Assembly (NCBI GenBank): GCA_001244265.2 | Contig: CDLV01000006.1 | Span: forward strand, 1,178,001 to 1,242,000 | Reading direction: 5' to 3' | Source of the DNA: Microbotryum violaceum | Lineage: Eukaryota | DNA: 64,000 bases | In this document: piece by piece, positions 36,246 to 48,075 of the stretch | How positions within the stretch are numbered: position 1 is the stretch's first letter | Layout of the letters: each line of letters starts with the position of its first letter | Translations under genes and position numbers: made by a program | Notes under the pieces: generated by a model | What the model saw: only the letters and a program-made list of their open reading frames with translations | Database searches by the model: none | Told to the model about the DNA's origin: nothing

Positions 36246-38348
36246 CTCCCACCGGTCAAAGAGACTAACGAGACCATTCCAAGTAGCGCACGAAGTTGAT
36301 CAAAGCGTTGAAATCCCAAAGGCTTTGTCATAATTTCCGCGGCATTGACGTGGGTAGGGCAGTATTCAAGTCGACCTCGCCAGAAGCAACCCGTTCTCGA
36401 ACGAACAAATGAGCAATGTCAAAGTGCTTGGTTCGCATGTGATCGACCGGATCCTTGGCGATCTGGATGCATGCGGCTTTGTCCTCTTGAATGATAGTAG
36501 GCTGTGCTTGTGGAATGCCGACATCACCAGCCAAACGACGGAGCCAGATTGCTTCACGAGTGGCTGAGGATGCAGAGAGGGTTTCGGCTTCGATAGTGGA
36601 TGCAGCGATCATAGTTTGTTGCTTCGACTGCCAGGAGATAACGCCGCCAGCGAGCATTGATGCATAGGCTCCCACCGATCTGCGAGATTCCGGGTCATCC
36701 GCAAACGAGGCATCGGAGTAGACCATCAATCGGAGGCGCTTCGGTACTCTTGTTGGAGAAGGGTGATCGCTTTGACTTGGCCTGGATGCACGAGAAGCAA
36801 GGAGTAACCTTTTCGTCCTTCAGAGTGATGCCAGTGATAGCTCCGGATTTGACGGCCAAAACGATCGCCGCAGGAGATTGATGGCCCAACTTCCGATGTG
36901 CTTCCATCAACGTACAGGTTCCAGTGAGACGATTGGCTCCGACCATTGAAGGCGGTGAGGATGACATGATAGGCTGAACGGGAGCTGCATCCATGACAAA
37001 CCCCCGACCAGGAAGCGAGCGCAGAATCGACTTGCCGCGGATGCTGAAAATGAGATTGCTTTGGGACCAACAGCGTACGTCATCGATTCCAACAGACGGT
37101 CGATGGAGATAAAACCGCATTGAGCACCGGGCATGTAGTAGACCCTGTTAATGGTGATACGAGCGCCATATGAGGTAAGAAACGTCACTGAGCCATGACC
37201 GGGAGATTCGATTTGAGATTGATCGGCGACAGGAATTTTGAGAGGCTCAGAGACAACGTCCGATAGGACCGACTTGTCTCCAACGCAATAGACCTTAGCA
37301 CCCGAGTCAATGATCCATGGAAAACGTGGCATCGTTCGCGAATAGGGGAAAGTGTAGGTCATCAATGCAGATTCATCTACACCAATGGCAGCTACGTTCG
37401 AATTTAAGTCCGAGGAAGCGGGAGCGCTCGCATCCTTGTTCCTGCTTGGACAGAGACGCCAACCACGCTCGTGTCCCAGTGCTTTGCAGCGCGAACAATA
37501 CGACTTGGAGTAGTCCTTTTGCGCCGTGGTGGAAATACGGGCGACGAGGCTAGTATCGTCAACGATCCGAGCGGATAACGATTCCTTTTGTTTGTTTCGG
37601 GAATCAGCCATTTCGACGTTCATCAGGAGTTTCGGATAGAACGTGTTCCAATCCATGTGGATGTCGATGTCGGAGGCAAGGTTCCCAACGATCGAGTCAT
37701 ACTGGGCTGGGAGCGACCGAACGAGCATGCCTGCAAACAGCCAATGCGGAAGCGGAGCTCCGAGGTTCTGAAAATCGGTCATGACGATCTTGACCTTGTT
37801 GACGAATTCCTTTAAAGGAATATCCCCAGAGTAAGGTTGCGCTAGAGTGTTGAGGAGGTCCATAGTGCGACTCGGGCGACCGTGAGAGTGGAGACCACGG
37901 AGGGTGTCCCACATCTCGTACGCCGAGGTAAGATGAATCAAGTGAGACATCTGTTCCTCAGAGATCGAATTGGCGATGTACTTGCATGCCAAATCGTTGC
38001 GGCGGATGGCCCGTTCGCGATATTCCGCGACCTTGTCCGCAACTTGAACGCTGGTGAGCCTGGGCGAGGCGTCCGAGTGCGCAGAACCAGAGCCCCCCAA
38101 GCCCGCTAAAGCCGGAGGAGGCTGGTTCAACTGGCGCGACGGACGCAGTTGCATGTGCGATAACGAGCGTGAACCGATAGTCCGCGACAAGGGAGTCGAT
38201 GGATTGATTGACGACATCCCCTACTTTGTCGGCTCGAAGATTGATAAACGCACGTTGTGACCAGCTCTTGTACCCTTGTGTGTCCTTGAGATACAAGCGA
38301 TTGCCCGACCCGTTGGGGAAGTCGGATTCGCCCGTTGAGCTCATAACC

Positions 38349-38691
38349 TGTTGCAACAAGGACTAAGAGGTACTCCACGACTCAGCTCCGAGATACACGA
38401 GTGAGATGATGAGAATAGCGTGGCTTTGCAGTAACTAACCTAAGAGGTACTCCACGACTCAGCTCCGAGATACACGAGTGAGATGATGAGAATAGCGTGG
38501 CTTTGCAGTAACTAACCTAAGAGGTACTCCACGACTCAGCTCCGAGATACACGAGTGAGATGATGAGAATAGCGTGGAGAAGGAAGCCAGAAGGAAAAAA
38601 GACGCAAAGACAAAGATAGGCGCGCGCGCAGAATAAAGTATTAACCAAGACTAATAGCAATGAGTTAGGCTCTCAGACCCCACTTCTAACA
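38349..38691 (-). repeat. 5' LTR (343 bp) with a 77-bp tandem expansion
   Basis: Units start at 38363, 38440 and 38517 (last one 61 bp); 343-189 = 2x77. Confidence 0.95.
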
Positions 38692-40450
38692 GGAGGAACA
38701 CCCGTTGTCGCGGTGCCGTCGCGCGACCCTTGTCAGGTGGAGTCTCGGGAGGGCGCACCGTCGTGGACTGACCGCCGAGTTCGGTCGCTCAGATTCTCGC
38801 CGGCCGGAAATCCCGTTAGGAGCTTGGGAAGATGCAATTCCCGGCACGAAGAGGGGCTATATAAAGGGATGAAGAGACCTGGGGCAGACGGGAGGCTTGG
38901 ATGTGTGGTCCGGTTCATGTTGTCAGACGGCCGAAAGAAAAAGAGCCGCATGGGTAGCACGGTTTCGGAAATGTAAATGAGCACCGTGCACACGCATCTC
39001 CTTGCACTTGCATGGAAGCGCAACGAAGGCTCCGGTGGGACGATCCGCGTTTGGTTGGTGGGTAATCCAGGTTCAAGACAACGCATGGTAACGTCCATTC
39101 GTGAGAGCGCGCTGAGTCCGCAACGCACGCTAGCACGCTCCTCGAGCGAACAGGGGCCTTTGAGCTCGGGTCCACTGTCTTCTCTCCCTCCAATCCAAAG
39201 CGTGGGGCACTGGGCACCACCAGGCAGAGACCACTGTCGCGGGCACGTGCTTGAGTGTGGGGGAATAAGGCTAGGTGGAATGTGGGGGACCCAGGTGTTT
39301 GACATTTCAAATCAACCGATTTGCCTGCCTTCCCGGGGCAGCTCCAGATTACCTCCCTCGGGACGAGACGGAGAAATACCCCCAGGGTCCGAGCTCATGG
39401 CATGTAGTGCCAACCCACCTTGGGGTGGATCAGGAAGGGAATAATACGATATGTCATAGGATGTGTACATTACTTCTCGGCTCTGGTGTAGCGGTCATGT
39501 CAAAACAGGGTCCGGACTCGGGCTCCTTCTTCTGGTTGGGGAGTGGGGGAAGGGATCCGGGGCGCGCCTGGATTAAAAAAATGAGACGGTCTCCTGTCGC
39601 GATTGCAAATTTACACTCAACCGATTTGCCCTCCTTTTCCCCTGTTCCCTTGAGTCGAGAGATGTTTCGCATCCGACTCGGTCGTCACTGAACCCTTGTC
39701 AGCACCTCCTCCCTCCCATCTCCTCCCACTCCTGGCTTTGCCTTCGCTACCGCTTGTTTCTATAGATCATCGCACGTTCGTGAGGTCGTTGATACACAGC
39801 ATCCAGGACGTCGAGCACCTTTCTTTTTCCCATCCTACCCTACTCACTCCATCCCCGACCCTGCCTGCTACGGACTTTGCTGCGCGTCTCGCGCTATTGC
39901 ACCGATCTAGCCACCGCATGTTTTAACGCTCGGTCATCGGCTCGATCGTGCAGTTCGGCATCCACTGTAACTCGGAAACCCGCCGTTCCACAGAACTTCT
40001 GGCGCTGGTTGGACTGCCCAGGAACCTCGGCCTCGCTGTGAGTTCACTCTCCGTCCCCAAGGTCGCGTGATCGCAACCGAACCCAGCGAATCCGGGGAAA
40101 TCTTCCATGACCGGCATGAACGCCGAACGCGGGGGGCGGGGGCTTCGTCGGAACCGACTGGATCACTCGACGACTTGCGTTTCGCGATTGACGGACCGAT
40201 CCGTCGGGCGTGAGTCAGCAGGGACTTGCCTTGGAGTCGGGCACGAGTCGGAGTTGGAACTTCGACTAGCGGTTCCATGAAGTCCACATCTCCCTCTTTT
40301 CGCGACTTAAACCGAAAACGACCCCTATTTGACAGCGAGGAGAAGCCCCATGCGAATGATTTTCGTATTCACGCTTTGCCTTCTCCTCGTCCAACCCCTC
40401 CCCCTCCTCCCTTCTCCCCTTTATCTCTACACCTCGTTAAACTCTAGCAG

Positions 40451-41057
40451 AAAACCTCTGCCACGGTCGCTCAGCGCTCCTGAGATTGCGCTGCGGCCGC
40501 GCTCGCCCGAGGACGTGCTTCCCGTCGAGATACTTCTGTGCGCGCGGCGGGCGATCCTTCTCGCGCCAGGCAGTTCAGGACCAAATTGGATCAGACCGAC
40601 TAAAAAAGGTGAGCGTTCCCATGTCGTAGTCGTAGACCACGGCTTGTGCTTGACCGAAAGCCTGGCATCGATGCATGCCATCAATGTGAGGAGCCGTAAG
40701 ACCCTGTAGTGGCTGATATCTACGCTTCCGTCTCCGTCGAAACTACCTCTGTCGTGCCCGCTTCTGGACCGACGTCATCATTGGCTGCCGCCCCACATGG
40801 GTCAGCGCCGCAGCAGCTTTCGACGACGACTCCGTACGTGAGCGCAGCACGTAGCAACATTGAAACTCCCGCGGCATTGCGGCTCCGCTGCTTACTCAAC
40901 ACTTCATACACGTGAGTACCTACCTTCACCTCGTCTAGGTCAAGTCGTGTTTGGTGCCCATACTGAGTAGAGCAATCGTGGCTGGCCCCTCGGTCGTACA
41001 CTGAAGCAGGTCGCACCAGCTCGGACCTGGACCGCCGTCCCTTACCCCTCGAAGCTG
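40451..41057 (+). other. Exon-like segments upstream of the velvet gene (small separate gene or spliced leader/uORF)
   Basis: In-frame exons 40451-40608 and 40710-40911 flanked by canonical splice sites; the simplest continuation stops at ~41057. Confidence 0.3.
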
Positions 41058-41607
41058 AGCTTCGACACCCAAGCCCGCGACGCGACGATCGGGCAGTTGA
41101 ACTGCGATGTCTGTCGAAGCCTTGCTCGCAGCAGCTGGGGGTTCGTTGCGGGTGGATCAAGATCGGTAGGTGCTCGGACCTTTATGGGCTCAATTGCGAC
41201 CACTATGCTCGGGCGTCGTGCACCGGAACACTCATGCTGTTTGCGAGACCGACACCCGACCCACCCGACCCACCCGGCCCACCCCTGTGGAACTGCGCTC
41301 CGAGGAGGTGATCTGCGACCCTAGGCATCATGTGCCCCAGTGATCGCGCTGGGGGTACAGTATTCACAAGGCGCTCCGAGGAGGTTACACTTGATGTACT
41401 TGTGTGGCTATTTCAGGTAGCTGCAACCCTTCCCTCGACCGCGAGGAGTGATGATGCGCATGCTGAACCATCCGTCCTCCTGAATTGGGCTCACCACGAA
41501 GCCACACGCTGCCGGCTCGGGTCGCAGCAGCTGCTCTGTAACCCCTTCATCAATTGAGGAATCCCTGGTATTGACCTCAGTTTCTCCCTCTTCCCGCCTT
41601 GTGCAGT

Positions 41608-43206
41608 GATTTATCACTCGAGGTGGTCCAGCAGCCTGTGCGCGCTCGGATGTGTGGCTTGGGCGATCGGGTACGTCGAATATTTCTTTGTTCTCCCACG
41701 GCCCTGGATCGCACAGCGAGGTAGACAAGGCGAATTTCGAGGTGAACTTCGAGCATACAAACTGAATATTTCAATCGGCAATAGGACCGGAGACCCATCA
41801 CACCTCCGCTGATAGCCAAGCTCATCTGCAAAAGTCGAGCAACCGGACGTCCCGTGCCACTGTCGTGAGTACCAGCTTATGGTGACCTTATCGCCTCAAA
41901 TGCGGATCGCCCGCAGTGTTGTAGCTCGGACACCTGACAACTGAAACACTCGCTATATGAATGGTACAGTCAGATTGACACCTCCTTCCTCATCTGTGCC
42001 GTCGATCTGTGGACTTCCGATTTTGCCGACACCAACCTCACCCGCAACGTCTCACCCACCCTCTCATGCGGGATCACTCCCTCGATGCTCCTCCAATCGT
42101 ACGGGTCCCGGAATCCAACAAAACCTTCACCATTGCCTGTCCACACACAGAATCCGAGATCGACGCCCACGGAACCAGAGCGAAGCGTCTTCTCACTGCG
42201 TACGCCACCACCCAGCGCGGATGGTGAACACCCCGTTGGGGAGGATCTGAAGGGAGGGATACGACGCCGATCATCTTCCGACGAACATCACGAGGTCGGC
42301 CGTAGCTCGAGTACTCCGGGAGGTTCGAGTCTCGGCTGGGCACCTCCGAAAGTACCTTCGCCGAGGGCACCACCGTCCCCGACTCTGTCCCCACGAGTCG
42401 GACACGCCCAGCCAGTGAATCAGTCAAGGGGCACGTCAATCGCCACTTCGAACACGTCACTCTCCAGTAACTTCGCCCACACGAAATCATCCAAGACTCT
42501 AACCGATGGTCAGGAACGAGCGAGTCGGCAGGGAGCCCCGCTTGCCCCACTTTCCTCTTTACAATCTAGGTGCATGCCATCTCATCAAGGGCTTCGACTA
42601 CCACTACCGCTTCCAATGCCTATCTTCTCCAAACAAGCTACTCCCCTTGTACCGAACTTGATTGGCTCCTTGCACGCCAATGCGTTCAAATTGACCGATG
42701 ATCGAGGTGAGCCGGGGATCTTTTTTGTCTTGCCCGACTTGTCGGTGCGGACCGAGGGCAGTTTTCGGCTGCGGTTGAGGCTCATGTCGATCGGGTTGTG
42801 AGTGACTCCTCTCTCTTCGTCACGTGGCGCCTATCTTCTACCCGACATTACCTGCATCAGTTGAGCTCATGGAAATCTTGGAAGATGTTCTATATATAGT
42901 GACACTCTGGACACCAGCGGGCAAAAGCTGCCCCTGCAAGCGACGACGTATACCCAAGTCTTCAATGTTGTGAGCGCCAAGAAGTTTGACGGGATGCTAG
43001 GTAAGCCCTCAATTCAAGTGTTTGAACTCTCGTGCACTAGTGAGCTCAATGTCTCCTGGTTCGATGCAGACCCGACGCCGCTGTCAAAGTGTTTCGCTAA
43101 GCAAGGAACGCGCATCCCGACCCGCAAGGTCGCTCGGACTCGCAAGCACGCCAAAAGACCCGCGGCCGAACTGGAGGAAGATGACGAGCTAGCAGGAGAC
43201 GACTAG
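41608..43206 (+). CDS. Velvet-domain transcriptional regulator with a split domain (VelB-like architecture); 5' end unresolved
   Basis: LEVVQQPVRARMCGLGDR|DRRPITPPLIAKL, FLICAVDLW, ~210-aa Ser/Pro insert, NLIGSLHANAFKLTDDRGEPGIFFVLPDLSVRTEGSFRLR, FNVVSAKKFDGML|DPTPLSKCFAKQGTRIPTRK. Confidence 0.92.
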
Positions 43207-44250
43207 TCGAGTCGAGATCTTATCTATCTTTCGGATGACCAAGCCTCGCTGTGGCATAGCTGGCTGGAGCGAGGGCAACATTGAATCAGGCGATTAGTTT
43301 AGAGCTTGTGTGTTTATCTGTTGTTGTGTACGACCTGCGCATTTTCAATTCTCCTTCATGGTCGTGTAACGCCATATTATTTTGTGTCCCTTAGCAGCGT
43401 CCACTGAAGATATCTTACAAAACCTCCTTGACCTTGGGCCGGGACACGTGAGCCCCTATTCCCCCACTTATTGTGAGACCATGTGCCGATGAACGGGGTG
43501 AGAGGTCGAGTCATTCACACGGCAGAGGAAGCTTTCAAAGTGGCATATTTGGTTGATTGAGATTCCAGAAGCAACTAGTTAGTCATGGGTCCAACCCAGA
43601 TGAAAGCTCGATCGGCGGCGTTCACAGTTGCTTGCCTTTGCAGGCTGCGGCGGGCACACCCCCTAGACCTTGGGCCTTGGGAGCCAGCTTGCGGCCGGCC
43701 GGCCGTCCGTCGATTTTGCCTTGGTTGTGTTCCTGCCACGACGTGCGGGGAAGCTTCGGGCCCCACGCTCTTTATCCGGTTCTTTATCGGCTCTCATTCC
43801 TTTGCCCTAGGTTCTCGCATTGATACGAACAGGTCTTCGTCGGACCAAGTTCTCGAGTCCCTTCGTCCTCCGACGAAGTTGCTTTGTTGACGGTGACCTT
43901 TTGACACGCGCAAAACGGCGCGCCTGACCTCGCCCCACGTCCCACGTCCGGGGTAGTCAGCCTAATCGAGCGCTCAAGCTGGCTCGTCCGAGTTGTCTGA
44001 CCCATCGCCAGCCCATTCGAGGTTCCAAGCCGCCAAAATCCACTCCACTCCACCCAGCCCCACAACTAGAGCTTCCGACCCTTACTAGTTTCAGGAGATC
44101 GCGGGACACGTACACAAGCTTGTGCCCGCGGACTCCCATTCGACTGACTTGCCCGGCCCCGGCTTCGTAAACACCGCGCCGACGTCACGCCCCTCTCACG
44201 CCTCCCTGGCCCGGCGCCCTCCTCCACCTTCTCTCGTACCACCACCCAGC

Positions 44251-45752
44251 ATGCCTTTCGGCTACACCTCCCACCCGTCCTCCTCGCAGCCTTCTCCTCG
44301 CAACCGACGAGATCGCCCACTCCCTTTTGTGACGATGCCACCGGTGTCGTCGTTCCACTCGCAGTACGACCAGGCCAGTCGACCGCATAGTCCGTCCTAC
44401 TATCGCTCCACCGTCGTCGAGGTGCAGTCGACCCTCTACGGGGGCAAGGACAGGTCTCGCGACGACATTACTGCCTTTGTAATGGAGTGCTACGATGCTA
44501 ATGCGGGTGAGTGCTAATGGTGATTGATGGAGCACAGGCGAGGTCTCGGTACTGACGGCGACGACGGCGTAACTCTACCAGTTTTTGAGAACCCGCTCAC
44601 GCTCGCGACCGGGCATTCGGCCATTGCCGAAATGTTCAGTACGTACTGCGTTGCATCGTACATCTGCATTACCATAATCAACCGCTGAACCTTCCTACTC
44701 GACGCAGGTCTACTCCACGTCGTTCCTGGGTCGATGGTCTCTGAAATGGGCGACATTGCAGAGTCGCATGGATATGGTAAACGTTTGCAGCAAACGAGAC
44801 CGAGCTCGGCAATCGCGTGATGACGCTCTTGAGCTGACGCACGGGGGCACACCGCTTATGTTCTATCGCAGATGGGAATCGTCTCGTCGTGATGGAGCAT
44901 GTTCTCCACGTGCAATTCCTGCCCTTCCTCGATCCTAACCATGCCTACCTCGTCCACTCGCCTTCCTCGGCGACTCTCCAGCGCTCCCACTCGTTCTTCT
45001 CCCTCCCGACGACGCCCCATCCCCAGTCGACGCCCGATTCGACCGGAAGTATTTTTAGCAAGACAAGATCGGCAGGAGACGGCAACGTATCCCCGATCGG
45101 CCAAATCTTGAGTTCGCTCTCGCCACGCAACCTCGCCGTGACCTTGACGACTTTGCATCTGCGCCTGCATACGCGCTTACTTTTTAACGAGCACGGCAAA
45201 ATCATCCGCCACGAGGACACGTGGGGAATTAAGGAGATGGTTGAAGGCATATTCCCCATCGTTGGTCATGTCTACGAACTGCAGAGGCGAGGGCTTGGAG
45301 CCCTTGCCGGCGTCGCCGCTCGAACCTTAGCTGGATTATCTCGCGCCCCCCAAGTATCGACCTCATCTTCCTCTGGATGCCACGGGCTACGGAGCCTCGA
45401 CGATGAGGCATCAACGGGGCGGGCGGGCATGATCACGCCCGAATCATGCCCGCTCGATGACGAGGGCGCTGGTGATTTCTCGTCCTTTTACGCACCGGGT
45501 TCGCCCGTGCCGACGGGCAAATCGAGCATCTCCTCGGGGGCACCCACAACCAACCTTGCTGCTCTGCACCATTACTCGAAGCGGATCGCGACGGCGACGG
45601 CGTACGGTCTTGGACTACACCACCCACGCCCTCAAGGCGACGATGGCGATGGCGGTGATGAGTACGAGCCGATGGGCTCAAAATCATTGCCGTCGACGAG
45701 ACGATGGGAACCGGTCAGCCCGCAGCGACCGACGACGATCGACTCGGACTGA
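44251..45752 (+). CDS. Hypothetical protein with an NTF2/SnoaL-like fold
   Basis: 4 exons: CYDANA|VFENPLTLATGHSAIAEMF ... HTRLLFNEHGKIIRHEDTW, the pattern of NTF2-like domains. Confidence 0.7.
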
Positions 45753-46152
45753 TGGATTGCCCTTTCTTTTTTATTGTACTGTCCCCATATGTGGCTCTTG
45801 TGTGACCGACTGTATGATTGTCATGCTTTACCTTGTGTTGCATTTGATACTCATTTCGTTTCTTTGCGCCGATCGTTCCTCGACCCACCCTGGGCACGAG
45901 AGTAGATTTTCTTCGACATGAGAGAGAACAATAAGAACGGCAAAATTTGCGTATCGACACCTAGCCAATCGCAATGGAGCATGGTAGAGTTCAGACTACT
46001 ACATGCGGGTTGTGCGTATGCGGTTGCAAAACGAGACAGACAGTCCTCGAGGGGGTCAACGGAGTTGAAGCAGCCCAAACAAAGTGGGGGGGGGGAGGGG
46101 CGAAGCACTGGTACGACAGGCGGCAACTCTTCCTACAGACGGAGACAAGCCA

Positions 46153-47575
46153 TCATCTGCTTCTAAGTACTCGCTTTGGAGGCCGTTCCCCCACACCGTC
46201 CCACCCGTCCATCTCCATGTCAATGTCCTCCGAGCCATCCCCTGGATGAGCATCGAGTTCACCTCCTTCTGCATTCGCCGCTGGCTTTGCTCGGACGACT
46301 GCAGCCGTGCCACTCTCCTGCTGCCGTTCCAAGTCAACGAGATCGGCAACCGAGACGGTGTGGAACCTTCGTTTCATCGCACCAACCGAAGAACCCAACG
46401 CGGCATCAACGACGGTCGACGAACTTGACGCCGAAGGGGAACCGGCCGAGGCATCGAGGTTGCGGTCACGCGACCCGGATGTCGACGACGACGACCTCCC
46501 GCTCGCGTTCCTCCTCGCCGAGTTCGGGTTCGCGCCAGAACAGATGTTAGAACGTCGCCGTGTGACCGTGCCCGATCCCGAGCCGGAAGTGGATGTCGGT
46601 GACATTGATCCGCTGGCCAAGGGGGAGGAGGGTGTGCTGGCGGTGGCACTCGACTGGGAGAAGAGACTCGGTCGCTGGGCAGCGAAGGGGGCGGGGTGAT
46701 TGCGGAATTGTGGGGCCGTCGAGGTGGAAAAGGGTGGGGAGGAAGGGGCGGAGGTCGAGACAATGGGGCTGGTGGCGATGGTCGATCGCGAAGGTGGGGC
46801 CGACTGGGGCCGGAGCGGTGCCGGTGTTGACGCCGACGTCGACACGGCTGTAGAGGCTGCGGCGGACGAGCGCGACGCGAACAGAGACGACGCGGATCGT
46901 GAGCCCCCTCCAGCCGAAGGTCGTGAGTGTTGGTTCGAGGTGGACTGGTTCGTCGGGTGTTGGGGTGCGGGTGCGGACGACGCCTCCTCCTCGTCCTGAT
47001 CGCCCTCCTCCTCAGCCTGCAGCGTCTCTTGCCTAGCCTGTAGACGAGCATCGATCGTGTGAGCTATCTGTGACCTATTCGACACGGACTTAAAGTGGCG
47101 AACTGACACAGATGTAGTCGATCAAACGTTCGACATTGAGCTGACCGGGTGGCCCGGACAGGGAAGATGCCTCGCCGTGAACGAGCGGGTGGTCGAGACT
47201 GGCCTGCAGGAACTCGAGCACGTCCTGTAGTGCCTCCTTCTTTCCTGCACTGTAGGCTGCGATGCGGTGAGAGCAGACGACGGTCAGTTCCCGTATTGTC
47301 GTGGCATCGTGATCGTCGTTGCGCGGTGGGTCCTCAAGCAAAGGCCGGAGGGGGTCCAAGCGAGTCGCACCGGCATCGACACCAGTTGTACACGCCGACC
47401 ACAAACAAAACACACAGTGCCCAAGCTCACCTCGTCGAGTCGCCTTCTTGCCAACCTTGAACAAGCCCGTCAACGCAAGAGCCGATTGACGAAACGCGGT
47501 CTGTAGCTCCTTTTCGGTCGCTTCCATTGCCGAGCCTCGAGGCAGGGTGTCGCTCAAGCCGCCGAGCGAGTCCAT
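46153..47575 (-). CDS. HAPSTR1/TAPR1 (C16orf72)-like protein
   Basis: ELQTAFRQSALALTGLFKVGKKATRR|AYSAGKKEALQDVLEFL...ERLIDYI resembles the family helix motif (F..AA.AVT.LYK...G...D.L.W/F); Ser-rich disordered tail ending RPPKR; 3 exons. Confidence 0.65.
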
Positions 47576-47713
47576 CGTAAGCGCCGACAGGCCGTTTCAC
47601 ACGTGGGTGAGTAGTAGAGTTGGACCGACAGTGAGTCTCACAGCTGATCGAGTCGAGACGCAGGTGGTGTGAGCGAGTAGGGATGCGCGAGGCGGTCCGA
47701 GTGAGCGAGACGA

Positions 47714-47772
47714 GTCGGCAGTCGGCAGTCGGCAGCTGTCGGCAGTCGGCAGCTGTCGGCAGTCGGCAGTCG
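47714..47772. repeat. (GTCGGCA/GTCGGCAGCT)n tandem repeat upstream of the HAPSTR1-like gene
   Basis: Directly visible, about 7 units. Confidence 0.8.
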
Positions 47773-48075
47773 ACAGGCGAGAGTCAAGAGCACTTGCGAA
47801 GGGCAGCCGAGCTCAAAACGCCCGTCTCCGTTTCTAATCGGCTTTTCGAGCAGTGCCCAATTTTTAGAACGACCATTACTAGTAGTCTTCCGTCTTTACG
47901 CGGCGGCACCTTGGCAAGCCACGTTGGTATTTCATATAGGGCGAGATGCACTCCTTCTGACAGGCAAGTACCTTGGCGACCTGCTGGTAGTACTATACGG
48001 CCCCGCAAGCCCCCGTCGGTTACACGGTCTTCTTGGAGAGGAGAGCCTTCACCGATCGTCATCCGTCGCACCCAA

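Larger units (their letters stand above)
36057..38691 (-). mobile_element. Ty1/copia LTR retrotransposon, internally deleted and frameshifted
   Basis: TG...CA LTRs 36057-36245 and 38349-38691; 5-bp TSD GGAGG (36052-36056 and 38692-38696); PBS-like GGTTATGAGC next to the 5' LTR containing the gag ATG (38344); gag zinc knuckle CSRCKALGHERGWRLC, protease WIIDSGA, pre-integrase HRKLGH...CFSCIQAK, RNase H YSDASFA...ISWQSKQQ...KHFDI. Integrase core and RT are absent. Confidence 0.96.

Noticed and set aside
38363-38577. CRISPR-like repeat-spacer pattern
   Set aside because: The 'spacers' are identical, the array lies inside an LTR, the DNA is eukaryotic and there are no cas genes.
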